From: Macrostomum lignano
Lineage: Eukaryota
DNA: 64,000 nt
Direction of reading: 5' to 3'
Assembly (NCBI GenBank): GCA_002269645.1
Contig: NIVC01000639.1
Location: forward strand, 4,782-68,781
Of the stretch, positions 1 to 12,212 are shown one piece after another; the first letter of the stretch is position 1; each line of letters opens with the position of its first letter. The notes below the pieces were generated by a model that did not search any database, was not told the DNA's origin, and saw nothing but the letters and a program-made list of their open reading frames with translations. The translations under genes and the position numbers were made by a program.

Positions 1-979
1 TGATCCAAACAATCCAATTCAAGAGTACAAGTGAAGACTTGAAATTCTATAGCTAAAATTATACAAATTTTTTAACTCCTTTCTTAGCAAGTTTCTTTGT
101 TGTCAACCTAATCCACAAAAGTGCTTTGGCAACTTCCTATATTGGATAACCTATTATTATGCTAGGTCACCCAGTATAGGATCCTTGTTCCCAGATCCCA
201 GATTTCTAGCTTTATCATCAAGATCCCAGATAGTAATAGATCCAAATATTCGGATTCAGAAATATTATTTTCCAAATTTCTAAATGTGCTTCTGAATATG
301 AAAAAATTGAAAAACCAAAACAAAACTATGCTAACATAAAAGAAATACAACTTTTGAAAAGAAAGTCAATTAGAAAAATAAGAATGCAAAATTTAATGTA
401 ATATTGTTTGTTTTTACAATCATCTGTTTTTGTAGTAACATATATTATTAAAAGTGTTAATAAGTAAAGTTATTTAACTTTGGGACCTTTGAGGCATTCA
501 ACCTAAAGTCGCAGAAAACATTTAATTGCAGTAATCATTGTTTAAGTTTAATCATCATTTTCTTCAAAATGCAAATGCAACAGACTTTACGGTTCACTAT
601 ACATGGTAAAGTTATCAAATTGCACAAATGTAATGTCAGTTAGTATTAATAATTTGAATTAGTTAGATTAGATATGAAAGAATTGAGTTCAATTCTAAGT
701 TTAATTCAATTCAGATACTAGATAGATATAGTATAAGCTTGAGATTAGATTGAATCTTGTTAGTAAATTAATGTACAGAATTAATACGTCATACAATTAC
801 TAATGCAGATGACGATTACATCAGTAGATGACAAGGCATTTTTGTCATAGAAAGGTGTCAATGTTTACCTTTTACTTTTATCTACTTTCGGAAACACATT
901 TGGATATTTGGATTCGGATTAGGAATTTTTTGTACATTCGGATTCAGTTTTGGAACCTTGCAAAAATCTACATTCGGTC

Positions 980-1320
980 TATCACTAATCCCAGATCTCT
1001 AGTTTTATCTCCCAGATCCCAGATCCTTAGCTTCATCACCTAGATCTCAGATCTCTAGCTTCATCACCAGATCCCAGATCTCTAGCTTTATCATCTAGAT
1101 CCTAGATCTCTAGCTTTATCACACAGATCTGAGATTCCTAGCTTTATTACCTAGCTTCCAGATCCCTAGCTTCATCACCCAGATCTCAGATTCCTAACTT
1201 CATCACCCAGATCTCAGATCCCTAACTTCATCACCCAGATCCCAGTTCCCTTACTTCATCACCCAGATCCCAGTTCCCTAGCTTCACAAAATCCAGAGCT
1301 TCACGCCCCAGATCCCTAGC
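980..1320. repeat. Degenerate CCCAGATC/TAGCTTCATCA minisatellite directly upstream of the PIG-K acceptor
   Basis: Repeated cccagatcccagatccttagcttcatca-type units; a related copy lies at ~165-240. Confidence 0.85.
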
Positions 1321-1341
1321 AGCACCCGCCCCATCCCGCAG

Positions 1342-1644
1342 CCACATCATCCTGATGATCGCTGACGAGATGGCCTGCAACGCTCGCAACCCTCGCCGGC
1401 CACCATCTTCGACAACGCGGCGGAGAAGACCAACCTGTACGGCGACACCGTGGAAGTCGACTACGGCGGCTACGAGGTCACAGTTGAGAACTTCATCCGG
1501 CTGCTCACAGGCCGGCACGTGCCCGGCACGGCTCCGAGCAAGCGGCTGCTCACCGATGACCAGTCCAACATCCTCATCTACATCACCGGCCATGGCGGCG
1601 ACGGCTTCGTCAAGTTCCAGGATAACGAGGAGGTTTCCTCCCAG
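1342..1644 (+). CDS. PIGK: GPI-anchor transamidase catalytic subunit (PIG-K/GPI8), internal exon; apparent 1-nt loss at ~1396
   Basis: Joining two frames gives HIILMIADEMACNARNPR(P)ATIFDNAAEKTNLYGDTVEVDYGGYEVTVENFIRLLTGRH...SKRLLTDDQSNILIYITGHGGDGFVKFQDNEEVSSQ, matching PIG-K motifs including the catalytic His (GHGG). Acceptor ccgcag ends 1341; donor GTGAGC at 1645. The 5' exons are not seen in the window. Confidence 0.93.
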
Positions 1645-1754
1645 GTGAGCCGCTTATGGACCCGCCTGTGTTACCAGCTTCCCCTCCTGTGTTACCAGCT
1701 CCCCGGCCCGCAGAATCCCCATAGCAACCAACCAGTCCACTCCAACCGCCGCAG

Positions 1755-2269
1755 GAGCTCGCCGACGCATTCGAGCAGATGTGGCAGAAGCGGCGCTACC
1801 GGGAGATCCTGTTCATTGTGGACAGCTGCCAGGCCTACTCCATGGCGCTGCCCGTGTACTCGCCCAACATCCTGGCGCTCGGCAGCAGCCGGGTAGGCGA
1901 GGACTCGCTGTCTCACCACGTGGATCCCAAACTGGGAGTCTACGTGGCCGACCGGTACTCCTACTACCTGCTGCAGTTCCTGGAGAAGGTGGGGCCACCA
2001 GCCGGCACACCCTCGCCGATTTTCTCGGGGTGTGCCCCTACCACGAGTGCCTGTCCCACGTGACCGCCAAGCTGGACCTGTACAACCGGGACCCCGCCCA
2101 GGTGTCCGTGCTGGAGTTCTTCGGTCCCGGCGTAGCGTGGAAATTCTGGACGATGCGCCAACTTCACCGCCGCTCCGACGTCTCAGCGGCTGCCGATGCT
2201 GCCTACGCCTCCGCCTCGACTGCCAGCCACCCCGTGTACCTGGCGTACAAGCCGCTGTTTCCCTTCTGA
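1755..2269 (+). CDS. PIGK: PIG-K terminal exon with catalytic Cys; apparent 1-nt losses at ~1995, ~2125 and possibly ~2165
   Basis: Acceptor gcag ends 1754. Reads ELADAFEQMWQKRRYREILFIVDSCQAYSM...GEDSLSHHVDPKLGVYVADRYSYYLLQFLE, then in shifted frames TSRHTLADFLGVCP...DLYNRDPAQVSVLEFFG and SRRSVEI. The 3' end (YKPLFPF*, stop 2267-2269) is less certain. Confidence 0.9.
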
Positions 2270-2968
2270 TGCTGACTCACCTGAGTTCCTTTCCTGACTC
2301 ACCTGAGTTCCTTTCCTGACTCACCTGAGTTCCTTTCCTGACTCACCTGAGTTCCTTTCCTGACTCACCTGTGTTCCTTTCCTGACTCACCTGAATTCCT
2401 TTCCTGACTCACCTGAGTTCCTTTCCTGACTCATCTGTGTTCCTTTCCTGACTCACCTGAGTTCCTTTCCTTACTCACCTGAGTTCCTTTCCTGACTCAC
2501 CTGAGTTCCTTTCCTGACTCACCTGAGTTCCTTTCCTGACTCACCTGAGTTCCTTTCCTGACTCACCTGAGTTCCTTTCCTGACTCACCTGAGTTCCTTT
2601 CCTGACTCACCTGAGGTTCTTTCCTGACTCACCTGAGGTACTTCCCTGACTCACCTGAGGTACTTCCCTGACTCACCTGGGTTCCTTTCCTGACTCACCT
2701 GAGTTCCTTTCCTGACTCACCTGAGGTTCTTTCCTGACTCACCTGAGTTCCTTTCTTGACTCACCTGAGTTCCTTTCCTGACTCACCTGAGGTACTTCCC
2801 TGACTCACCTGTGTTCCTTTCCTGACTCACCTGAGTTCCTTTCCTGACTCACCTGAGTTCCTTTCCTGACTCACCTGAGTTCCTTTCCTGACTCACCTGT
2901 GTTCCTTTCCTGACTCACCTGAGTTCCTTTCCTGACTCACCTGAGTTCCTTTCCTGACTCACCTGTGT
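2270..2968. repeat. 22-bp minisatellite (CTGACTCACCTGAGTTCCTTTC)n, ~32 copies
   Basis: Period 22 read directly; starts at the proposed PIG-K stop codon. Confidence 0.97.
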
Positions 2969-3220
2969 TCAGATCCGTCCCACTCCCAACTTTGTGGTCC
3001 GGCGCCGATCTGTCAGCTAAGAAAAGTTTTTGATTCAATTTCAACGCAGTGTTTGTCGCCTCTGCTTGACCAGAGCAGCATTGAGTTTGCCACATCTGCT
3101 AGTCTTTGTGGCCGGTTGTATAGTAGTTTGTTTTATAGTTTATCTGTTTATTTATTTATTCTTTCTCACAAAGCGTAGCAATTTGCTTATCACACTACTG
3201 TTACTTACTAATAAGTAGTA

Positions 3221-3226
3221 AATAAA
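3221..3226 (+). promoter_or_regulatory. Possible polyadenylation signal for PIG-K
   Basis: AATAAA in an AT-rich stretch followed by T-rich sequence, downstream of the 22-bp array. Confidence 0.3.
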
Positions 3227-3683
3227 TACCTTTTGCTTGTTTTTTATTTAGCAAGTACTTTAAATTTCCTGCCGTTTCTAATTCGAATGCGGGCATCTTT
3301 TGCTCCATGTTCTGCTGTGAGCCCACCAGCCCAGTCTGTGGCGGTTGTAAATTAGATCGGAGAAATTTTTGGCCATTAAATTCTGACTAAGCTGTCGAGT
3401 TTGCATATTCTGTTAAACTGCCTTAGAGAGCTGGGCTTGTTGAGTTGTAAAATATGCAGTTGATTTTTTTAGCTGTTTCTTTAATATACGAGTGCCATGG
3501 TGCCAAGCCTGCTGCTGTTTATGCTAAGTAGGCCGCATATGAATTAGCATACATGTAATTCTGAATAATTTGCATCTCCACTCATTGGGAAATTGGACCA
3601 ATGCAGTTCTGGCGAGCGGTATCGCATTTCTCGGAATCCAAATCCCGATCTCATTGAACTCAACCCTACTTGAGAAATCTCAG

Positions 3684-3845
3684 TCCCATTAACAGGAATC
3701 CCAATCCCACTAACAGAAATCCCAATCCCATTAACAAATCCCAATCCCACTAACAGAAATCCCAATTCAAATAGCAGAAATACCATTAACAAATACCAAT
3801 CCTACTAACAGAAATCCCAATCCCACCAACAAAAATCCCAATCCT
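3684..3845. repeat. Degenerate CCCAATCCCAYTAACAGAAAT repeat
   Basis: Several imperfect tandem copies. Confidence 0.8.
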
Positions 3846-4242
3846 TGCTCCAACTATGCCAACCAGTAATTTCGCACAGAATGCCTCCCAAGGTGTCGCC
3901 CAGACCAGCTGGCCTCGCCGCGCTGGTAATTATTTCCTGCCTCCTTCAAAAGAATCGCCTTAAAATGTGGATTTCTGATCTGCGAGCTCGTGACGGGGCC
4001 TGCGATTCCCTTCATTGCGAAGCTTAGCGCTGTTTGAACTCGAATTTCCGCCAGCTCAGTTCAATAAGAAATTGCTTTTTGCTGCAGTCGGGGGCGCTGG
4101 CATGCTGCACTACATTAATGACTAGAATTCAACAGTGCCTGCTGCGTCGCAATAGCAACCTGTCAATCAGCGGTTTTTGAGCACTGAGCTGCTTGAAATC
4201 CAATACACATGTACCTGCATGTTAACTCTTTAATTATTGCCA

Positions 4243-4522
4243 CCTCTCCTCCCTCTTCTCCCTTCTCTCTTCTCTCTCCCTCCCTCTCCTCCCCTTCCTC
4301 TCCTCTCCTCCCTCTCTTCTCCCCTCCCTCTCTTCTCCCTCCCTCTCCCTCCCTCTCCCTCTTCTCCCCTCCCTCTTCCTCTCCTCCCTCCCTCTTCCTC
4401 TCCTCCCTCCCTCTTCCTCTCCTCCCTCCCTCTTCCTCTCCTCCCTCCCTCTTCCTCTCATCCCTCCCTCTTCCTCTCCTCCCTCCCTCTTCCTCTCCTC
4501 CCTCCCTCTCTTCTCCCCTCCC
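4243..4522. repeat. Pure C/T low-complexity tract
   Basis: About 280 nt almost entirely pyrimidine. Confidence 0.95.
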
Positions 4523-5008
4523 TGTCTGCCTGCTTTTGTATTGTCCCAGGTAACGTTAAACATTATTGTTCACTTTGTTCTCCCCACTCCGTTATTGTAG
4601 TCGGCCTCTCAGTCTCGCTGACTTCTATCTCCCAGCTTCCCCTTCTCTGCAACAGTCCCTTGCTTCATCGTCTTTCAGAGCAGGTCGCCCCCGGTAGTCT
4701 CGCGCTCCTCCGGCTGCCAAGCAGAGAGTAGAAAAAGTAAACACGGCAGGGCAGAAATTTCCTGTTTGCTACTGGCGGAAATTTTTCTGTTGTACGCGGC
4801 TGGTGCAAGTTTCTATGCTTAAGCCGCTTTCAATCATTGATTAGCACTGCTGCGGCTGCTGTGCTGTTGCTGCTGCTGCTGTTGCTGTTGCTGCAATTCA
4901 TCAGAAGCCATACTGTTCCCCTGCTTTTTGCACTTTGCAAGGCAACTTGCGGCTCTGAAACCTGTTGAATTTTTAGCTGAGAATCTCCACAGAATGAGCA
5001 GATTGAAT

Positions 5009-5121
5009 TTGCTCAGAACATTCACCGGCATCTGCTCAGAATATTCATCGGAATTTGCTCAGAACATTCACCGGCATCTGCTCAGAATATTCACCGGAAT
5101 TTGCTCAGAACATTCACCGGA
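5009..5121. repeat. 23-bp repeat TGCTCAGAAYATTCACCGGMATY, ~5 copies
   Basis: Tandem copies with alternating variants. Confidence 0.85.
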
Positions 5122-6104
5122 ATCAAACCCAAAAATGATTCTTGAGCCCAGAGCAGCAGAAAGTTCACTTCAGCAATCTGTGTGAATGGCAGACAGACAG
5201 TCAATATTTATTTTTGCATGCAAACTTCTGAGCCCAGGTGAGCCAGCTGCAATTACAGTTGGCAGGAATGGCAGCTCCGCAGCTCATTACTGAAATAGTG
5301 GAAGTCAGCAGCTACTGAAGGCGTCGCGCACTGCTGACCTCCCGTGACCAGCAATTCACTGCGAGCTAATCGCCATCTTCATCATCATTCAGCTTCGTCT
5401 TCCCCCCCCCCCCCGGAGACAGTATCTGCGTTGCGAGTGTTTCCCCGAGACAGGAAGGAGTCCAGCGATTTGATAGCCGATCTGCTTTGAGGCAAAAAGT
5501 GTTTTTGGTTTTGAAAACAAATTTTAAAAGCTGTCTGCAGCCTCTGAATTGCATTGAAAGACGTTTCCCATTCCAGTTGACTTTATTCTCAAACCTGCTT
5601 ATTGGCAATTTTTAAGTATTTCCTGAATTCCTCAATATGCATTAAAAAAGTGGGGATTTGCGATCTGCAATGCTGGGACGCACCAGAATCTTTAATTCTG
5701 TCTGCTTCAATCTGCATCAAGGCAATTTCATCTCCTATCGTAGATTTCTGCTCCTAGTCCGCAGAAGCAAACAATCACGAAGACCTCGGGAACAGAACAG
5801 AGTAGCTTTGTTGCTATGAGTAAATCGCACTGCCCCGATTTGTGTCCAATGATTGCTCTGTCCACTGCTCACTGCTCAGAGAGATGCGCCAATCCCGAGT
5901 CACTCATGTAGCTGTTCGGCACAGTTGGGATGATTTTCGATACAAGACACCAAATGGTTGTCTGCTGATCCCTCTCGGCAGATTTCAACTCTGTGCTCAT
6001 CCCCATGCAAGTGCAAATGCGGTTCGCGTGCACCGACGACTCTTGGACAGAGGGCCTGAGCACTGAGTCTTCAAACCAGAGGGGCCATCTGCAATTACAA
6101 TATT

Positions 6105-6632
6105 TAGATTGAGGTCAGAAGTGGCGCCTAAATTGAGGTCAGGAGTGGCGCCTAAATTGAGGTCAGGAGTGGCGCCTAAATTGTAGTCAGCAGTGGCGCT
6201 TAAATTTGAGTCAGAAGTGGCGCTTAAATTGAGGTCAGGAGTGGCGCCTAAATTGAGGTCAGGAGTGGCGCCTAAATTGAGGTCAGGAGTGGCGCGTAAA
6301 TTGAGGTCAGAAGTGGCGCTTAAATTGAGGTCAGGAGTGGCGCCTAAATTGAGGTCAGGAGTGGCGCCTAAATTGAGGTCAGGAGTGGCGCGTAAATTGA
6401 GGTCAGGAGTGGCGCGTAAATTGAGGTCAGGAGTGGCGCCTAAATTGAGGTCAGGAGTGGCGCGTAAATTGAGGTCAGGAGTGGCGCGTAAATTGAGGTC
6501 AGGAGTGGCGCCTAAATTGAGGTCAGGAGTAGCGCGTAAATTGTGGTCAGTAGTGGCGCCTAAATTGAGGTCAGGAGTGGCGCCTAAATTGAGGTCAGGA
6601 GTGGCGCTTAAATTAGAGTCAGGAGTGGCGCC
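6105..6632. repeat. 24-bp minisatellite (GTGGCGCCTAAATTGAGGTCAGGA)n, ~22 copies
   Basis: Period 24 (6121, 6145, 6169...). Confidence 0.96.
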
Positions 6633-7310
6633 AAAAGCAGGAAATGGCGCTAAAAATGCTCCGTTTTGAACTCCAGAGCAGCGGCTGACAAATATTAGTT
6701 TTAGTCTTTCTAGAAAATCAATTATTGAATTAGCGCTGTCTTTCAAATCTCACCTGGATTTCCCCTCTTCAAATAATCCAAAAAAAGAAATAAAAGCCGG
6801 GCAAATTTGCACGCGCCGCCAGAAATCAACAATTAATTCATAAGCAGCGCCTTTGTCTCTCCGCGCCACAAGCCCCGGTTGCATGGCTGAAGTCTTCAAG
6901 GCGCCGCGCCCATCTCCCCCTCCGCAATGTCCCTCGCTGGGTTTCTTTGATGAAACTTCTTCTGTCTCACCCGTTGGGCCGCAGCATCGGCTGGGAGGCG
7001 GAGGGCGCAGGAAGCCGCTTTTTGTTTGACGCGCCACGGCAAGTCGCGGGCTGGCCCGGGGGTCCGCAGAGCCAATTAGTGGGGGGGGGGCAGCGGCCCT
7101 CGTGACCGCTAGGATGCGAAAGCAGGACTTCAACTTTAACTGAACCCTGTTGCTGTGGTCTGGCCAGCTCACCCTAGGTGTGGGGGATTTTCTGTTGAAG
7201 AAACTGAGAACTGATTAAGAGCTGGACAAGAGGATGGCAATAAGCTGCATCTCATTATGACTTGGCCTGAGGCTTCCTAACTGCCTGTCTGTACTCTCCT
7301 GCGCTGCTGA

Positions 7311-7607
<297 letters not shown>

Positions 7608-8047
7608 TCGGTCAGGCGGCATCCCCAGCCAATCGCAGCGGTCCCCAGCTGCAGCGCCCTGCCCTCTAAATGCGGTTCCCCGGCAGGCCAGCCGCGTCTC
7701 CTGTTCGCAGCCCAGCAGAGACGAAGTGGCAGCCCGCCAGCACCCGCAGAGGAGCAGCTCAGCCCATCGACTCGATACGGCTCAGGATTAGCAGCACGGG
7801 AAACCGGTCTGAATAGTCGATCGCGGATCAGCAGCTCCGGTGAGGGTCGCCTTGGCAACTCCATTGCACTCCAGGTGTCAATTCTCTCTGGGATTTCAGT
7901 GCCAGAGTTGATGGCGTCTCAGCTAATTCGGGGGGGATTTCAGACTTGAGATGCGGCTTGATGGAGAGGCTTGCGGCCAGGAGTGGAAAGTAGCTCAATA
8001 CTTGGCTGGTAAGCACAGGCGGAGTGAAGCTCATCATAAGCAGCGGA

Positions 8048-9960
8048 GTGACACCTCAGCACAGTAAGCAGAGTGACACCCCTCAGCACAGAAAGCAGAG
8101 TGACACCTCAGCACAGTAAGCAAAGTGACACAGTAAGCAGAGTGACACAATCCAGCACAGTAAGCAGAGTGACACACTCCAGCACAGTAAGCAGAGTGAC
8201 ACACTCCAGCACAGTAAGCAGAGTGACACCCCAGCACAGTAAGCAGAGTGACACCCCAGCACAGTAAGCAGAGTGACACCCCAGCACAGTAAGCAGAGTG
8301 ACACCCCAGCACAGTAAGCAGAGTGACACCCCAGCACAGTAAGCAGAGTGACACCCCAGCACAGTAAGCAGAGTGACACTCCAGCACAGTTAGCAGAGTG
8401 ATACCCCAGCACAGTAAGCAGAGTGACACTCCAGCACAGTTAGCAGAGTGACACCCCAGCACAGTAAGCAGAGTGACATCCCAGCACAGTAAGCAGAGTG
8501 ACACCCCAGCACAGTAAGCAGAGTGACACTCCAGCACAGTAAGCAGAGTGACACCCCAGCACAGTAAGCAAAGTGACACCCCAGCACAGTAAGCAGAGTG
8601 ACACCCCCCAACCCCCCCCCCAGCACAGTAAGCAGGGTGACACCCCAGCACAGTAAGCAGGGTGACACCCCAGCACAGTAAACAGGGTGACACCCCAGCA
8701 CAGTAAACAGGGTGACACCCCAGCACAGTAAGCAGGGTGACACCCCAGCACAGTAAGCAGGGTGACACCCCAGCACAGTAAGCAGGGTGACACCCCAGCA
8801 CAGTAAGCAGAGTGACACCCCCCAGCACAGTAAGCAGAGTGACACCCCCAGCACAGTAAGCAGAGTGACACCCCCGGCACAGTAAGCAGAGTGACACCCC
8901 AGCAGAGTAAGCAGGGTGACACCCCAGCACAGTAAGCAGGGTGACACCCCAGCACAGTAAGCAGAGTGACACCCCCCAGCACAGTAAGCAGAGTGACACC
9001 CCCCAGCACAGTAAGCAGAGTGACACCCCCCAGCACAGTAAGCAGAGTGACACCCCCAGCACAGTAAGCAGAGTGACACCCCCGGCACAGTAAGCAGAGT
9101 GACACCTCAGCACAGTAAGCAGAGTGACACCCCAGCACAGTAAGCAGAGTGACACTCCAGCACAGTTAGCAGAGTGACACCCCAGCACAGTAAGCAGAGT
9201 GACACTCCAGCACAGTTAGCAGAGTGACACCCCAGCACAGTAAGCAGAGTGACATCCCAGCACAGTAAGCAGAGTGACACCCCAGCACAGTAAGCAGAGT
9301 GACACTCCAGCACAGTAAGCAGAGTGACACCCCAGCACAGTAAGCAAAGTGACACCCAGCACAGTAAGCAGAGTGACACCCCCCAACCCCCCCCCCCCAG
9401 CACAGTAAGCAGGGTGACACCCCAGCACAGTAAGCAGGGTGACACCCCAGCACAGTAAACAGGGTGACACCCCAGCACAGTAAACAGGGTGACACCCCAG
9501 CACAGTAAGCAGGGTGACACCCCAGCACAGTAAGCAGGGTGACACCCCAGCACAGTAAGCAGGGTGACACCCCAGCACAGTAAGCAGGGTGACACCCCAG
9601 CACAGTAAGCAGAGTGACACCCCCCAGCACAGTAAGCAGAGTGACACCCCCCAGCACAGTAAGCAGAGTGACACCCCCGGCACAGTAAGCAGAGTGACAC
9701 CCCAGCACAGTAAGCAGGGTGACACCCCAGCACAGTAAGCAGGGTGACACCCCAGCACAGTAAGCAGAGTGACACCCCCCAGCACAGTAAGCAGAGTGAC
9801 ACCCCCCAGCACAGTAAGCAGAGTGACACCCCCCAGCACAGTAAGCAGAGTGACACCCCCAGCACAGTAAGCAGAGTGACACCCCCGGCACAGTAAGCAG
9901 AGTGACACCTCAGCACAGTAAGCAGAGTGACACCCCAGCACAGTAAGCAGAGTGACACCG
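8048..9960. repeat. ~25-bp minisatellite (CAGCACAGTAAGCAGAGTGACACCC)n with ~776-bp higher-order duplication
   Basis: Period 25-27 (variable C-run); the order of variant units recurs at an offset of ~776. Confidence 0.96.
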
Positions 9961-10797
9961 GGTGGCAGTCAGCGCTGAGCCCAGAGTCCCCGGACTGTTT
10001 ATCCGCATGTCCCAGCGCGGCAGGCCGTACGCTGCACTGTTAATTGGGCTGAGGAGGAGCCGCTACACCAACCGGCACGCAGTTGGTAATAAATTATGAA
10101 AAAAAGAAATTTTGCGCGAATTTTCGTTTACATTTGCTCAGCATGGCTGCACCCCCCCCCCCCCGAGTGGCCGTCGGTCCGGGGCCGGACCTTCCAAAGC
10201 GTCTCCCCCGCCTACTCGCCGCCTTGAGTGATGGAGCAGAGTCTGGGAAGGGGATGCTGAGAGCGTCATCGCCAATTAGAGTCAGCCAGGCCGAGAGTTG
10301 AAAGCGTCATCTGTTGCCCTGCTCAGAGTCTGGCCGGGCGAACAGCGCTCGTATTTTCATAGTGGATTTCTTGTCTTGACTTCCATTCCTTCTCGTCTGT
10401 TGCACTTTTCAGATGACGAGGCGCTTAATTATTTATACGCAGTTATAGTTACTCCGGCCGCCTACTCAAGACTATCATGCGAAAGTGACGGCTTTTGGAT
10501 GCGGTAGTTGAGAAATGAATTTTTCTGACAGCTGCCAGCACCCGCTTTCAGTCGCAGCTCAGCTTCCTTTGAGATCCCACTTCCTGGATGAGCTTCCAAA
10601 ACTCCCGCAGATCTTTCTGGCTGGCATTTGGCTCAATAGCGACTGAGTGGCCTGTCACCTCGCTGACCCCGGTTGCCCCCCCCCCCCCCGCGGACTTGGC
10701 TTGCGGCTGCAGTCCCGTGATGGGAGCCTCTTCCAGTCCTGCGAGGTGGGAGGCTCCCGGAGGAGCGTTGGGTAAAGGGTGGATCTCAGGATTATGG

Positions 10798-11270
10798 GCG
10801 GTTCTCTCAGGTAGAGGGGCGGTTCTCTCAGGTAGAGGGGCGGTTCTCTCAGGTAGAGGGGCGGTTCTCTCAGGTAGAGGGGCGGTTCTCTCAGGTAGAG
10901 GGGCGGTTCTCTCAGGTAGAGGGGCGGTTCTCTCAGGTAGAGGGGCGGTTCTCTCAGGTAGAGGGGCGGTTCTCTCAGGTAGAGGGGTGGTTCTCTCAGG
11001 TAGAGGGGCGGTTCTCTCAGGTAGAGGGGCGGTTCTCTCAGGTAGAGGGGCGGTTCTCTCAGGTAGAGGGGCGGTTCTCTCAGGTAGAGGGGCGGTTCTC
11101 TCAGGTAGAGGGGCGGTTCTCTCAGGTAGAGGGGTGGTTCTCTCAGGTAGAGGGGTGGTTCTCTCAGGTAGAGGGGTGGTTCTCTCAGGTAGAGGGGCGG
11201 TTCTCTCAGGTAGAGGGGCGGTTCTCTCAGGTAGAGGGGCGGTTCTCTTAGGTAGAGGGGCGGATCTCTC
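10798..11270. repeat. 21-bp minisatellite (GGTTCTCTCAGGTAGAGGGGC)n
   Basis: About 22 near-perfect copies. Confidence 0.97.
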
Positions 11271-11939
11271 AGCGGGGCGGATCACGAGGTAGGGCTAGTT
11301 GAAGACGCAACGAACCGAAAAGTGACCACACACACCCACACACACACACAGAGCAATTTTCGTCCCATTCCCGAAAGCACCATTGAAGCCGAACGGTTGC
11401 CACGGGCTAAAAGTTGCGTCAAAGGCGCGAGCCCCGCTCCTGAATCAAATTACCAGCTTTGTAGCGCAGCGGCACAGCCGATGGCCTGTCCCAGAACTCA
11501 TCCGCAGATCTCCGTTCTCCTCACCATTTCCGCCGGGGCAAATTGAGCACTGCTCGTTAGAGCCTCCCTGCTCACTCCCTGCTCACTCCTTGGCCGTCCT
11601 CCCGCAGTCCCCGCCCGGGTTTTCCCCACAGCTCTCGGGTTTCTGTCTCTGGCAGGGGGCTTCGACACCGGAGATCTCCCCAGATTAAGTGGGGGTTGCG
11701 GCGGGAGGGAGGCTGCGCGGCTTACGGCGGCCGAGGAACTCCGACACCACAGCGCTGCTCTCCGGGCAGGGCGGGGCTCCTGGGATTTGCAATTCGGGAT
11801 TTCAATGAGCAGCTGTTCATTAACTCCCCTCTGCCCCACCCTGGCCTTCAAATAAAACTGATCCCCATCGGGCTGAGGAATCCCCAGCCCGCTTTGACAT
11901 CTCCTTGCAGTCTGACTCCGGGCCTCCCCTGCCTCTCCT

Positions 11940-12212
11940 CTGACTCCCTCTGGCTCCCTCTGGCTCCCTCTGGCTCCCTCTGGCTCCCTCTGGCTCCCTC
12001 TGGCTCCCTCTGGCTCCCTCTGGCTCCCTCTGGCTCCCTCTGGCTCCCTCTGGCTCCATCTGGCTCCCTCTGGCTCCTGCCATTTCTGCCCCCCCGCTGA
12101 CTCCCTCTGGCTCCCTCTGGCTCCCTCTGGCTCCCTCTGGCTCCCTCTGGCTCCCTCTGGCTCCATCTGGCTCCCTCTGGCTCCCTCTGGCTCCCTCTGG
12201 CTCCCTCTGGCT
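11940..12212. repeat. 10-bp repeat (CTCTGGCTCC)n in two blocks
   Basis: Direct reading; short interruption at ~12078-12100. Confidence 0.95.

Noticed and set aside
1-960. AT-rich start of the window with small ORFs, or the missing PIG-K 5' exons
   Set aside because: No PIG-K N-terminal motif or coding-like composition seen; treated as intron or intergenic sequence.
1342-2269. Legumain/asparaginyl endopeptidase instead of PIG-K
   Set aside because: SKRLLTDDQSNILIY, ELADAFEQMWQKRRY and GEDSLSHH are PIG-K-type motifs.
6105-6632. TTGAGGTCAGGAGT resembles a primate Alu segment
   Set aside because: The match is short, with no other Alu sequence; coincidence.
5997-6746. ATPDLNLG octapeptide ORF as a repeat-fold or adhesive protein
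   Set aside because: Both strands are open across the 24-bp array, and the flanking sequence is not coding-like.
8048-9960. CACAGTA as a RAG/Transib recombination-signal heptamer array
   Set aside because: No nonamer at 12/23 spacing and no transposase nearby.
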